This document shows positions 7,041 to 17,085 of a DNA stretch of 64,000 nucleotides, one piece after another. This DNA is from a bacterium (GTDB lineage: Bacteria; Patescibacteriota; Patescibacteriia; 2-12-FULL-60-25), in contig JAJYXM010000016.1 of the NCBI GenBank assembly GCA_021796435.1, positions 438,625 through 502,624 on the forward strand. The letters are read 5' to 3'. Both the position numbers and the translations under genes were made by a program. How positions within the stretch are numbered: position 1 is the first letter of the stretch; each line of letters begins with the position of its first letter. Under the pieces are notes generated by a model, which was not told where the DNA came from, did not search any database, and saw only the letters and a list, made by a program, of their open reading frames with translations.

Positions 7041-8471
7041 ATGCATCAGGTCACCGAAGAGCGCGACTACGCGACGCTCACGTGGGGCATGTTTTTGATT
7101 TTGGTCCTGACTTTGACTTTCACGGCAATCGGACCGCCTTATCTTTCCATCGTCTTGCTCGCCTTGGCCTTCGCCATCCTTTTTGCTTATCGTTTCATCT
7201 ATGCTGCGTTCTATGCCGCTATATTCCTGGTCCCATTTTTGGGCATCATGGTGTCGGTGCCCACAGGAGGGCTCCTGATCGGCCAACTATCTTTCGGCGG
7301 GTCTTTGGATGTTTTTCTGGTGGAGATAGCGATGTTTCCGGTCTTGGCGGCATGGGCCATGCGGCTCATAGCTTTTTGGGTCGGCAGGCATGATGTGAAT
7401 TGGCGCCCCAGATTGCCGTTGATCAAGGAATACCTTCTCCTGTTCTTGGCGCATGTCCTCTCGATCTTCTCATCCGCCTATCCTGATCGGGCTTTCACTC
7501 TGCAGTTCAGCCTGCGCCCCGTGTTGTTCGACTATCTGGCGTTCATCGCCTTGCCGGTCAACCTGATCAAGTCCAAGAAGAGACTGATCGGAGCCTTGTC
7601 CGTGGTCTTGGTGGCCTGCGTGACAGCGGCTTTGACCGGTCTGGTCGCCGTATTTTTTCCGTCTGACCCGAGCATGGTATTGGGTCGCGCCCATCCCTTG
7701 CCGATCTTCGGTGTGAGCGCTTTGGGCGAGAACCATAACGAGTTGGCGGAGATAATGGTCTACGGTTCGTTCTTGGCCTGGGCGCTGGCAATGCTGGTCA
7801 AGGACCAAAGATGGCGCCGTATATTGTTGTGGCTCGGCGCTTTCCAGACGCTTATCGGCATCCTTACCTTCACGCGTACCTTCTGGATCGTATCCGTGTT
7901 GCAGGCCACTTTCCTCGCTTTGACGGTATGGCGAGACAGCGTCAAAAAATATCTTTCGCAGTTGATGATGTTGGGCATATTGTTGCTGCCGTTCGCAATC
8001 GGCGTCCTGTATTATACGACCACTTATACGGCGCAGAGTTCTGATACGACACGTCTTTCGCTTACCGAAATAGCTTTCGATTATTTCAAGGATAATCCGA
8101 TATTCGGGGTCGGGGCGGGCAGCTTCATCCAGCACATCGGCTCGACGGCTCTGTTCACCATCGAGTATGGCGCACCCTTGGACTCGCACGGTTTCATCCA
8201 GAAACTGATGATGGAGACTGGTTCGTTGGGGTTGGCCGCATTGCTCATCTTAGTGGTCGCTTTTGTCCTGTTCGTGCGTCAAGGTTTGCGTTCGGTCGGG
8301 AGCGGACGTAACCAAAAGATCTTGAGCTTGTTCATAGCGGCAGCAGGCGGTGCTTTCGTATATCAGCTTTTCAACACGGATTATTGGACGGGCAAGATGT
8401 GGCTGCCGATCGGTTTATGTCTGGCTGCTTTCCAGGTTTTGGGTCACGAGACGGAAGAAAAAAGAAGTTAG
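7041..8471 (+). CDS. O-antigen ligase / O-antigen polymerase (Wzy_C-like) family polytopic membrane protein
   Basis: About 12 predicted TM helices. A periplasmic-loop region GENHNELAEIMVYGSFLAWALAML resembles the O-antigen ligase domain. The gene lies between the secreted-protein genes and the glycan island. Confidence 0.55.
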   Translation: MHQVTEERDYATLTWGMFLILVLTLTFTAIGPPYLSIVLLALAFAILFAYRFIYAAFYAAIFLVPFLGIMVSVPTGGLLIGQLSFGGSLDVFLVEIAMFPVLAAWAMRLIAFWVGRHDVNWRPRLPLIKEYLLLFLAHVLSIFSSAYPDRAFTLQFSLRPVLFDYLAFIALPVNLIKSKKRLIGALSVVLVACVTAALTGLVAVFFPSDPSMVLGRAHPLPIFGVSALGENHNELAEIMVYGSFLAWALAMLVKDQRWRRILLWLGAFQTLIGILTFTRTFWIVSVLQATFLALTVWRDSVKKYLSQLMMLGILLLPFAIGVLYYTTTYTAQSSDTTRLSLTEIAFDYFKDNPIFGVGAGSFIQHIGSTALFTIEYGAPLDSHGFIQKLMMETGSLGLAALLILVVAFVLFVRQGLRSVGSGRNQKILSLFIAAAGGAFVYQLFNTDYWTGKMWLPIGLCLAAFQVLGHETEEKRS

Positions 8472-8549
8472 CTTCAGGCATCCGATAGTCGGCTTGTCGT
8501 CCATTCCGGTCAAAGGGCGTAAAGCCGGTTTTTTTGCTATACTTAGCGC

Positions 8550-11501
8550 GTGAAGCCTTTTAAGCCGTACCACAATTTTACGGCCTATCATCGTGAACCG
8601 GGAGGTCTGCGAAGGTTGGATTTTTTCGTCGACCGTATCGCCGCTTGGAGCGGCGGACGGCGGACCGCAGAGATAACCGTGTTGGATATCGGTTGCGGTA
8701 ACGGTAACATCAGTTTGCCTTTGGCTAAACTGGGCTATGAGGTCACGGGCGTGGATTATGATGCGGTCTCCATCAAGCGTGCCGAAGTGCAGGCGGAAGA
8801 GCTGGGCCTGGAAGCGAGATTCCTGGTCGGTTCATTCGATCGGGTATCGGGCAAGACATTCGACGTGGTCATCGCCAGCGAAGTCTTGGAACATCAGCAG
8901 GACCCGAAAGCTTTTTTGGAATCGGTCGCGCAGCGTCTTAACCCCGGAGGGTTGCTGTTGCTTTCCGTGCCGAACGGCGGAAGCCTGGAGGAATCCATCC
9001 GTTTCGTCACGACCCATACGCGTCTTGGGCGCAGACTGAAGACGTCGATCAAACGCCGCGTGTTGCATGAGGACGTCCAGACGTCGCAGGACCATCCGCA
9101 TTTCATCTTTTTCCATCTGAGGTCGTTGAGCGATCTGTTGCATGGAACGGGCTGGCGCGTGGATGCGTGGGGACAGGCCGCGGGGGTCTTCAAGGAATTC
9201 TATTATCTGTTAGGCCGTTTTTTCATGCGGCGCGGCAGCGGTACGTTCCATAGGCTGGACAGTTGGGATGCGAGATTCTGCAGCCGGCTGCCCATGGCGA
9301 TGGCTGATGGCTGGTTGATAGCGGCGACGCGCGAGTTGCATGACAAACCGTACATCGTCCACGTGGTGGATACGCTGAACGCGGGCGGTGCGGAACGCAT
9401 GTTGTTCGAATTGGTACGCGGTCTGCCGTCACGCGGATTCAGGGTCAAGGTCTTGGCGTTGTTGCGCGGCGGTCCGTTGGAGAAGCTTTTCAGGGAGGCT
9501 GGCGTAGAGGTGGAAGTCGGGCATTACCGTTGGCCTTGGGCGGCGGATACTTTTTTCCACGCGTATTCGTTCTTCAGGCGTGAAAGGCCGGATGTAGTCC
9601 ATACACACCTTTTCGATTCCGACATCTATGCGCGGGCAGCGGCATATTTCGCCGGTGTATCGATCATCCTGTGGACGGAACATAACGTGAACCTGCAGTT
9701 AGGTGCAGTCCGGCGTTGGCTTAAACATTGTACGAACCGTCTTGCGGCAAGGGGCGTCGCAGTCTCGAATACGGTGAAGGAGTATCTGCGCGTCTCCGAG
9801 GATACGCCGGAAAGTAAGGTCACGGTCATCCCGAACGGTCTGGATTTTTCCCGCATCGCCGTGCGGGAACGCCGGCAGTTCAAGGATGTCCCGGTGTTGT
9901 TGGCCGTCGGCCGACTTTCGCGCCAAAAAGGTTTCGATGTCTTATTGAAAGCATTGGCGCTGGTGAAGCACGAGTGGATCTTGCGCATCGCCGGTGAAGG
10001 CGAGGCAGAGGAAGAGCTTAAGCAACTCGCTAAGCGTCTGGACCTGGAATCGCGCGTCGAGTTTTTGGGTTTCAGCGACGATGTGCCTTCGCTGATGCAT
10101 GAATCCGATGTCTTCTGTTTCCCATCGCGTTGGGAAGGCCAGGGCTTGGCTGTGCTGGAAGCGGCGGCCATAGGCGTTCCGTTGATTGTCTCCGATCTGC
10201 CGGTGATACATGAGTTTTTGCGTCCTGATGAGGCGTTGTTCGTTGAGCCTTGCGATGTTCCGGCGTGGGCGAAGGCGATATCTACTTTGCTGGATAATCC
10301 GGATGAGGCATTACGTTATGCGCAGACTTGCGGGGACAGGTTGCGCCACGAACTTGATCTCGGGAAATTCGTCGATGCATATGCGGGGCTTTATCGGTCG
10401 GAACTTGAGCGAAAAAGAAAATCACGCCTGGTCTATCAGATTGTGCCGACGATGGATCCTGGAGGGGCGGAAAGGTTGGTGCTGGATTTGGCCGAGCGCA
10501 TGCCGGCTTATGGCTACGCGAGCAAAGTCGTGTCTTTTTATGGTGGCGGTAAATTGCAGCAGGAGGCGGAGAGACGCGGGATAGATCTGGCGGTCTTCGA
10601 AAGGCGTGGGCCTTTCAACGTAGTAGGCCTGTTCCGTCTGATCCGTCTCTTTTTGCGCGATAGGCCGCTCATCGTCCATACGCATCTTTTCGGCGCCGAT
10701 TTGTGGGGAAGGCTGGCGGCCAGGATGACTTTCCGCAAAATAGTCTTTTCGACCGAGCACAACGTGAACGTCGACGACAGCGGTACCAAGCGTTTCATCA
10801 AGTGGGCGTTGTCGCCTTGCACCGATGCTTTCGTCGCTGTCTCGTCCGCGGTGCAGCGATTCATGATGAAGGTGGAGCATCTGCCGGAGCGTAAGATTTT
10901 CGTCATCCCAAACGGCATCGCGATGCAGAAGGTGAAGCGCCGCGGTAACAGGAACCTCTCGGAAGTGCCCAGGATGTTGGCTGTGGGTCGTCTCACGGCC
11001 CAAAAGGATTTCGCGACCTTGATCAAAGCGGTCGGAAAATTGGAAAGTGATTTCAGACTGGATATCGTGGGCAGCGGGGAACTTGAACGAACATTGAAAG
11101 AGCAGGTATCCGAAGCCGGCTTGGACAAGAAGGTCCGGTTCTTGGGATACCGGGATGATGTCCCTGACCTTTTGGCTCAGGCCGATATCTTCATCTCGAC
11201 GGCGCGCTACGAGGGTTTGGCTTTGAGTTATGTGGAAGCCGCGGCGGCCGACGTGCCGCTCGTCTTGCCGGATATCCCGCAGTCCTATGAGGTGGCAGGT
11301 AAGGATGAAGCGGAATTCGCCGCCGTGGGGGATGAAGAAGCGTTCGTCCGTGCTTTGCGGAAAATCCTGGCCGATTATCCCTCGGCCTTGAGGCGTAGTG
11401 CGGTCTTGGGTTATCGCGTGCGGCAGAGCTGTTCGGTCGAAGAGATGGCGAAAAAATACGCCGGCCTATACGATCTGTTCCGTTACCTTAAAGGTGAATG
11501 A
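8550..11501 (+). CDS. Tri-domain fusion: N-terminal class I SAM methyltransferase followed by two tandem GT4 glycosyltransferase modules
   Basis: A GTG start is assumed, from the ORF track. MT motif I is VLDIGCGNGNISLPLAKLGYEVTGVDYD and the post-I region is DVVIASEVLEHQQDP. GT4 module 1 is HVVDTLNAGGAERMLFEL ... FPSRWEGQGLAVLEAAAIGVPLIVSD. GT4 module 2 is YQIVPTMDPGGAERLVLDL ... ARYEGLALSYVEAAAADVPLVLPD. Confidence 0.7.
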   Translation: MKPFKPYHNFTAYHREPGGLRRLDFFVDRIAAWSGGRRTAEITVLDIGCGNGNISLPLAKLGYEVTGVDYDAVSIKRAEVQAEELGLEARFLVGSFDRVSGKTFDVVIASEVLEHQQDPKAFLESVAQRLNPGGLLLLSVPNGGSLEESIRFVTTHTRLGRRLKTSIKRRVLHEDVQTSQDHPHFIFFHLRSLSDLLHGTGWRVDAWGQAAGVFKEFYYLLGRFFMRRGSGTFHRLDSWDARFCSRLPMAMADGWLIAATRELHDKPYIVHVVDTLNAGGAERMLFELVRGLPSRGFRVKVLALLRGGPLEKLFREAGVEVEVGHYRWPWAADTFFHAYSFFRRERPDVVHTHLFDSDIYARAAAYFAGVSIILWTEHNVNLQLGAVRRWLKHCTNRLAARGVAVSNTVKEYLRVSEDTPESKVTVIPNGLDFSRIAVRERRQFKDVPVLLAVGRLSRQKGFDVLLKALALVKHEWILRIAGEGEAEEELKQLAKRLDLESRVEFLGFSDDVPSLMHESDVFCFPSRWEGQGLAVLEAAAIGVPLIVSDLPVIHEFLRPDEALFVEPCDVPAWAKAISTLLDNPDEALRYAQTCGDRLRHELDLGKFVDAYAGLYRSELERKRKSRLVYQIVPTMDPGGAERLVLDLAERMPAYGYASKVVSFYGGGKLQQEAERRGIDLAVFERRGPFNVVGLFRLIRLFLRDRPLIVHTHLFGADLWGRLAARMTFRKIVFSTEHNVNVDDSGTKRFIKWALSPCTDAFVAVSSAVQRFMMKVEHLPERKIFVIPNGIAMQKVKRRGNRNLSEVPRMLAVGRLTAQKDFATLIKAVGKLESDFRLDIVGSGELERTLKEQVSEAGLDKKVRFLGYRDDVPDLLAQADIFISTARYEGLALSYVEAAAADVPLVLPDIPQSYEVAGKDEAEFAAVGDEEAFVRALRKILADYPSALRRSAVLGYRVRQSCSVEEMAKKYAGLYDLFRYLKGE

Positions 11502-11502
11502 T

Positions 11503-12723
11503 ATGCGCATACTCCATGTGAATAAATTCTTCGATTTCCGCGACGGTACGGATATCTACATCCAGCGTCTGATGGAGAAGCAGACGGCAGCCGGGCATGA
11601 AGTGCACATCTTGGCGACCTCCTCCGAGAAGAATGTCGAGACTCCGGACAGCCGGTTCTTCGTCAAGCGCCATGATTTTACGCAGAGCGAAGGCATTGAG
11701 AAAGACGCGAGCAAGGCGTTGAGTTTCTTGTGGAACAGCGAAGCCAAGGGCGCCATGCTTAAGGCCCTGGATGAATACAAGCCGGACATCGTACACCTAC
11801 ATAACATCTATCATCATCTGACGACGTCGATCCTGCAGCCCATCAGGCGACGACGTCTCCCATGCGTACAGACTTTGCATGATTATAAGTTGGCGTGCCC
11901 GAACTATAAGATGTTCACCGAAGGTGCGCCGTGTGAACGTTGCAAGGGCGGGCATTATCTGGAAGCGGTGCGACATCACTGTTTGGGCGCGTCGTTCGCG
12001 CCGAATTTTCTGGCGGCTTGCGAGATGGGCCTGACCAAGTTCAACCAATCCTACGAACGCACCGTGAAGTTCTTCATCTGTCCGACCGATTTCGTGGCCC
12101 GGAAGATGCGCGAGTGGGGAGAGCCGCCGTCAAAATTCAAGGTCATACATAATCCAGTCGATGAGTCATACGATCAGGTCGAAGGAACGGAAAATTTCAT
12201 CCTGTATATCGGTCGACTCTCGGAAGAGAAGGGAGTGGACGTTCTGATACGTGCCGCATCGCGTTTACCCGGCTTGGAGCTGAAGATCGCCGGAGCCGGT
12301 CCCCAGGAGAATAAGCTGAAGGAATTGGCTAAGTCGTTGAACGCGGAGAACGTATCTTTTTTGGGTTTTCTACGCCAAGAGCAGCTGAAGGAGTTGCGCA
12401 AGAATTCGCGCGTCATGGCGGTGCCTTCGGTGTGGTACGAGAATGCGCCGTTAGCCGTGCTGGAGGCGATGGCGCAAGGTTTGCCCGTCATCGCATCGCG
12501 TATAGGCGGTTTGCCGGAATTAGTGGATGAGGAAAATACCGGTTGGCTAGTTGCGCCACAGGACATAGACGCTTGGGCAGCGGCTTTGAAGATCGTGATG
12601 GAACAGGATCAGGGAGCATGGGAGAGGATGTCGCAAGCGGCGAAGCATCGTGCACGTGACATGTTCGGTTGGCAAAAACACTTAGCGGAATTGGAAATCG
12701 CCTACCATGAAGCTGGAGCATAA
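11503..12723 (+). CDS. GT4 glycosyltransferase with a Cys-x2-Cys...Cys-x2-Cys insert
   Basis: The start ATG at 11503 lies 1 nt after the upstream stop (the ORF track's 11398 start overlaps the upstream gene). Signature motifs are CPNYKMFTEGAPCERCKGG and VPSVWYENAPLAVLEAMAQGLPVIASRIGGLPELV. Confidence 0.8.
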   Translation: MRILHVNKFFDFRDGTDIYIQRLMEKQTAAGHEVHILATSSEKNVETPDSRFFVKRHDFTQSEGIEKDASKALSFLWNSEAKGAMLKALDEYKPDIVHLHNIYHHLTTSILQPIRRRRLPCVQTLHDYKLACPNYKMFTEGAPCERCKGGHYLEAVRHHCLGASFAPNFLAACEMGLTKFNQSYERTVKFFICPTDFVARKMREWGEPPSKFKVIHNPVDESYDQVEGTENFILYIGRLSEEKGVDVLIRAASRLPGLELKIAGAGPQENKLKELAKSLNAENVSFLGFLRQEQLKELRKNSRVMAVPSVWYENAPLAVLEAMAQGLPVIASRIGGLPELVDEENTGWLVAPQDIDAWAAALKIVMEQDQGAWERMSQAAKHRARDMFGWQKHLAELEIAYHEAGA

Positions 12724-12761
12724 ACGTTGAAAATTTGGCTTTATTTTGCTAAGTTCTATAC

Positions 12762-14771
12762 ATGAGGCGCATCCTGATAGCGGTAATAGTCGCAACCTGC
12801 CTGGTGGGGCAGATGGCGTTTCCGGTCCAAGCTGCGCAAGCGCTGCCTGGGTCGCCGCCGATCATCAACCTGTATCTGGATTGGCAGATGAAAGAAGAGG
12901 ATCTTCCGGCCTTGGCGCGTTGGGATGTGGTTGTGTTGGACGCCAATCAACAGGCGCGTTATCCGGATAAGATATTGAAGTTGCGACAGCTGAATCCGAA
13001 AATCAAGATCTTGGCTTATCTGCCGACCGAGGAATATGCGGTCGCGCATTTCTCGGAACCCGCGAATTATCCTTTCGCCAGGCTGGGTACGGCGATCAAG
13101 GACGATTGGTGGGTCAATGGTCCAACCGGAGCTAAAGTTTATTTCTGGCCGGGCCAACCCATGCTGAATGTTACGGACCAGGGCCAATCGGGCGAGAAGT
13201 GGAACGAATTTTTTCCGCGTTTCATCCGCGACGAGATCATGTCGAGCGGGATGTGGGATGGGGTATTCCTGGATAACGTTTTCGACGGCATTTCGCATTT
13301 CGCGAAGTCGAGCTATGACCTGGACCGGAACGGTAAAGCGGACGATAAGGCGACGGCGGACAAGGCATGGAATGACGGCATGCAGAAGATGCTGCGCCTG
13401 ATCAAGCAATATAACCCTAATGCGATCCTGTTAGGGAATGGCGGCGCAGGTTATGCCGATAAGCTGAACGGCGTGATGTTCGAGCATTTTCCGAGCTGGA
13501 GCTGGGGACCGAATTTCCAGGAAGTGCGGGATACGTTGGCGAAAAACATGACGCCGGCATATACGGCCATCAACGTTAATACCGACAACCGTCCGGAGCA
13601 GACCAATTATCGTCTGATGCGTTTCGGTTTGAGCAGCGCTTTGGCTGCCGGAAGTTCCTATTCCTTCGATCAGGGCGATTACAGCCACAACGTGGTCTGG
13701 TGGTATGACGAATATGAGGTCCCTTTGGGCCAACCTAAGAGCGGGCCGCGTATCCTGGCTGCAGCGACCGGGCAGGGATCCGTGCCGGCAGTGTGGATGC
13801 GCAGTTATGACAACGGCCTAGTCCTGGTCAACAGCACTACGAAGGCGCAAAAAGTCAGCCTCCCAGGGATATTCGAGAAGGTGCATGGTACGCAGGACAA
13901 GAAAACGAATGATGGTTCGGTGGTGGATAGCGTGATGCTTGGGGCACAGGATGGATTATTGCTCATCAAGCGTGTGGCCATAAATGACATCATCGGGACT
14001 TCTTTTGTGAATGGGGCGTTCATCAGGACTTATGACATGAGCGGCAAGCAGACGCAGAATGGTTTTTTTGCGCAGCGCGGCGATGCGCCGAGCGGAGCTA
14101 CGGTATTCGTGGCGGATGTCGATCAGGATGGTTTTGATGATGTGGTTTCCGCGGCTAAAGGGGCAGTGACCGTGAGTTTCGGCGGAACGCGGAAACCAGT
14201 GACCTTCCGACCATACGGTTCGGCTTATACGGGCACGCTTTATCTGTCCGTCGGAAATGCGAATCGCGATGCGGCGCTGGAAATCGTGGTCGGGCGCGAA
14301 GGCAAACCACCGGAGACGCGCGTCTTCACTTGGAGCGGCAAGGAGCTGGCGCGTTGGTCAGCGTATATGCCGCTGTTTTCGGGTGGCGTGCGTGTCGCGA
14401 TGGGTGATCTGGATGGTGATGGCATGCGAGAAATCGTGACAGCGGCTGGACCCGGCGGAGGACCGCATGTGCGTATCTGGAAGACGGACGGCAAGGTCTG
14501 GGGCGGATCTTTCTTTGCCTTCGATCCGAACGAAGCCGGGGGAATATCGATAGCAGTGGGCGATGTCGACAAAGACGGTAAAGACGAGATCATCGTAGGC
14601 TCAGGGCGCGGAGCTAAGCCCAGAGTGCGCGTTTTCGACGCGCGCGGTAATCTTAAGCGAGAAATAGTTCTGGGCGAACAGCCGGTGACTAACGGTATCG
14701 ATGTAGGTGCGGCTGACCTGAACGGCGACGGTATCGATGAGATACTGGTGGGAGGGATGCCCGCGATCTAA
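12762..14771 (+). CDS. Secreted protein with an N-terminal putative glycoside-hydrolase-like (GHL15-like) domain and C-terminal FG-GAP/VCBS beta-propeller repeats
   Basis: Signal peptide MRRILIAVIVATCLVGQMAFPVQAAQA. Four FG-GAP-like units: DVDQDGFDDVVSA, GDLDGDGMREIVTAAGPGGGPHVRIW, GDVDKDGKDEIIVGSGRGAKPRVRVF, ADLNGDGIDEILVGG. The N-terminal resemblance to the hypothetical GH family GHL15 is from memory and tentative. Confidence 0.55.
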   Translation: MRRILIAVIVATCLVGQMAFPVQAAQALPGSPPIINLYLDWQMKEEDLPALARWDVVVLDANQQARYPDKILKLRQLNPKIKILAYLPTEEYAVAHFSEPANYPFARLGTAIKDDWWVNGPTGAKVYFWPGQPMLNVTDQGQSGEKWNEFFPRFIRDEIMSSGMWDGVFLDNVFDGISHFAKSSYDLDRNGKADDKATADKAWNDGMQKMLRLIKQYNPNAILLGNGGAGYADKLNGVMFEHFPSWSWGPNFQEVRDTLAKNMTPAYTAINVNTDNRPEQTNYRLMRFGLSSALAAGSSYSFDQGDYSHNVVWWYDEYEVPLGQPKSGPRILAAATGQGSVPAVWMRSYDNGLVLVNSTTKAQKVSLPGIFEKVHGTQDKKTNDGSVVDSVMLGAQDGLLLIKRVAINDIIGTSFVNGAFIRTYDMSGKQTQNGFFAQRGDAPSGATVFVADVDQDGFDDVVSAAKGAVTVSFGGTRKPVTFRPYGSAYTGTLYLSVGNANRDAALEIVVGREGKPPETRVFTWSGKELARWSAYMPLFSGGVRVAMGDLDGDGMREIVTAAGPGGGPHVRIWKTDGKVWGGSFFAFDPNEAGGISIAVGDVDKDGKDEIIVGSGRGAKPRVRVFDARGNLKREIVLGEQPVTNGIDVGAADLNGDGIDEILVGGMPAI

Positions 14772-14784
14772 CGAACGACATAAT

Positions 14785-16452
14785 ATGCGTAAGCAAAAGA
14801 CAGTCAGCAATGTCCGACGCTCGAGCGGTCTGATGGCTCCGGCGAGCCAGGTCGCGGCTGCGCCAGCGCGCGCGGTGACTTCGCATATACGCCGCATCTA
14901 TCGTGACAAATATGCAGGGCGCCATCGCTTCGCAAGATGGGTGTTCGCGTTCGATGCTTTCATCCTAGTCGTGCTGGGCACGCTGCTGGTTTTCGATCTG
15001 GTGGTGTTTTTTCGCGGCATCCAGACGGCGGATCCTGGCTTGGAGGTAACTTTGGCGACGCCTGAATTGAGCTCGGCTGACGTCGTACCGTTGGAAGTTA
15101 AGGTGCGCGTAACTGACGCGAGGCAACATACTGGGATAAAAGTTGCGTTGCATCTGCCCCAAGAGATGAGTTTGATCCAAGCTTGGCCGGCGCTAGATCG
15201 GGACGGCATGTGGACGATCGGCAGCCTTTCCCCGGGAGAGACCGCTACGCGTAGAGTCTTGGTGCATCTTGATGCGACGATCAACACACGGGTGGATATA
15301 GGTTTCGTGTTGCAGCAATATGATCCAATAATTTTCGAACAAGCCCTTATCGGTACGGATTCGCGCCCTGTGACTTCATCGGCGCTTCGTCTGATGAGTC
15401 TTATGCCTGTGGCTGGAGTTTCGGAAGGCGCGCAGATACCCATCGTCATCGAGAACAGATCGGCAGCCACGAGCAGTCCGATGAATATGATTTTGGCTGA
15501 ATCGATCGGTGCGCCGCATGCAACTCTGGGGAGTGACGGCATCTATAGCTTGCCTGCGTTACCGGCGAACAGCCAGAAGATAGTTTTCTTAAATGTCGGA
15601 ACCGGTCTGGAAGGCGAGCATCTGGCTTTCAGGTTGGAATTGCAGTCGAGGGGGAGGAAGGTCGATCAGCTCGATCTGGATTTGATGCATGAGACACAGG
15701 TACCTGCGGTCGTTGAGGCGCCGCAGACATCCGATTCCGGAGCCGGAACCATCGTGAGATATTCTGGGGCACAGCCTGGTGCGCGTCTCATCCTGTTACA
15801 GAAAGAGATCACTGCTTTCAGACGATCCGCTTTCGAAATCGTGGATTTGCCGGAAGGGAGCGGTGCGGTCGATATCAGCAAAGTCCAAGGTGTGACAGAA
15901 GGTCAGCTCATGCTCGTATCGATCTACGATGGCGATTATTATCATCTGTCTGGTCAGATGCTGGAGCTGACATCGGCAGGTCTGCCTTTCGAGGTGCAGG
16001 CGCGTTATTACACCGCAAGCGGTGATCAGTTAGGTTTGGGTCCCTTGCCGCCGGTCTCAGGAGAGCCGACGCGCTATTGGATCTTGTGGACGCTCGGTCC
16101 GGCTGATCGCTCTTTGCATGATCTCACATATGATGCCCAGCTCGCAGACAACGTGAAGGCGACCGGCAAATATGCATCGACTATCCCGATAAGTTTTTCA
16201 TCTACCGATGCTGCGGTGAAGATGACGGTCGAAGAAGCCGACTTGGCGGGGCTAGGAAAAATAACTTTCGGATATGAAGTCGAGTTAGTGCCGCAAAAAA
16301 ATCAAGAGGGGTTATACGCTAACATCTTGTTGGGTAGCTCCATAGACGCGACGGATGAGTTCGGCAAACATGTGCAGGCGTTTTCGCCGAGTATCGATAC
16401 AGACCTTTCGAACGATGAGAAAGCTCGAGGCAAAGGTACGGTCCAGGAGTGA
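14785..16452 (+). CDS. Hypothetical membrane-anchored extracytoplasmic protein
   Basis: The start ATG at 14785 was chosen (the ORF track's 14737 overlaps the upstream gene). A single N-terminal TM helix is FARWVFAFDAFILVVLGTLLVFDLVVFF. No motif was recognised. Confidence 0.45.
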   Translation: MRKQKTVSNVRRSSGLMAPASQVAAAPARAVTSHIRRIYRDKYAGRHRFARWVFAFDAFILVVLGTLLVFDLVVFFRGIQTADPGLEVTLATPELSSADVVPLEVKVRVTDARQHTGIKVALHLPQEMSLIQAWPALDRDGMWTIGSLSPGETATRRVLVHLDATINTRVDIGFVLQQYDPIIFEQALIGTDSRPVTSSALRLMSLMPVAGVSEGAQIPIVIENRSAATSSPMNMILAESIGAPHATLGSDGIYSLPALPANSQKIVFLNVGTGLEGEHLAFRLELQSRGRKVDQLDLDLMHETQVPAVVEAPQTSDSGAGTIVRYSGAQPGARLILLQKEITAFRRSAFEIVDLPEGSGAVDISKVQGVTEGQLMLVSIYDGDYYHLSGQMLELTSAGLPFEVQARYYTASGDQLGLGPLPPVSGEPTRYWILWTLGPADRSLHDLTYDAQLADNVKATGKYASTIPISFSSTDAAVKMTVEEADLAGLGKITFGYEVELVPQKNQEGLYANILLGSSIDATDEFGKHVQAFSPSIDTDLSNDEKARGKGTVQE

Positions 16453-16477
16453 ATCAGGGACAAGGGAAGGCGAGCCC

Positions 16478-16756
16478 TCATTCAGAGGGAGGACGCGGGG
16501 AATACCTCGCGTTCTTTATTTTCCATTGATCGACCCATTGGCCGATGCCGACTGCGTTGGTCTTGTTGCGGACGCTTGTCTTGCGCTGCGACCAGGTTAC
16601 GAGAGACTCGAACAGGATCTTGTACCTGCCCTGTACGACTATATAGCGGATGTCTCCCGAAGAGATGGCGCGCCTGATGGTGCGTGGGTTTACGCCGAAG
16701 AGTCTCGCGGCTTCGGAGATGGTGACACGTACAGCGTTTTCATTGGACATAGTCAT
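16478..16756 (-). CDS. Small helix-turn-helix DNA-binding protein (excisionase/MerR-like HTH)
   Basis: TISEAARLFGVNPRTIRRAISSGDI matches the excisionase-family HTH pattern (hTh...LGVs..TlrR.i..G.i). It is followed upstream by a 330-bp AT-rich spacer. No integrase is present in the window. Confidence 0.5.
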   Translation of the reverse strand: MTMSNENAVRVTISEAARLFGVNPRTIRRAISSGDIRYIVVQGRYKILFESLVTWSQRKTSVRNKTNAVGIGQWVDQWKIKNARYSPRPPSE

Positions 16757-17085
16757 TTAACTCATTGTAGGCTTATTTCTATTATTTTGTCAACAATAGT
16801 ATGGACAAATAGTCGTACCAAATGAGGTTAAAGCTGGATGAAGGTTAGTCCTTAGGTTTTTATCGATTTTTAGTGCTATATAGGCTTGAAAAAAAACGGA
16901 CATTAGGCTAGTATTAGTACCACCTTTACCTCGTTTGCACCTCAGGACTTTAACATTTGATACCCTGCTTCGAGTTTAGTTTTTAGAAATCCTTGCGGCA
17001 CCTCGTATGATGCGTACTTGGATTTTTAGTAAGACTTTCTTGGAGTCACTTAATCAAATGGCAGAGTCCTAAATCAAACCACTAA

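Noticed and set aside
8490-8535. Terminator after the O-antigen-ligase-like gene (ccggtcaaagggcgtaaagccggttttttt)
   Set aside because: Only a 4-bp stem can be drawn before the T-run, which is too weak to call, although the T7 tract is suggestive.
9626-11128. Several 180-200-aa minus-strand ORFs inside the MT-GT4-GT4 fusion gene
   Set aside because: Antisense to a motif-rich 983-aa ORF and with no recognisable domains.
16478-17085. Mobile element / integrated prophage suggested by the excisionase-like HTH gene and the AT-rich spacer
   Set aside because: No integrase, transposase, att-like direct repeats or phage genes in the window. Small HTH proteins next to ECF sigma operons are common.
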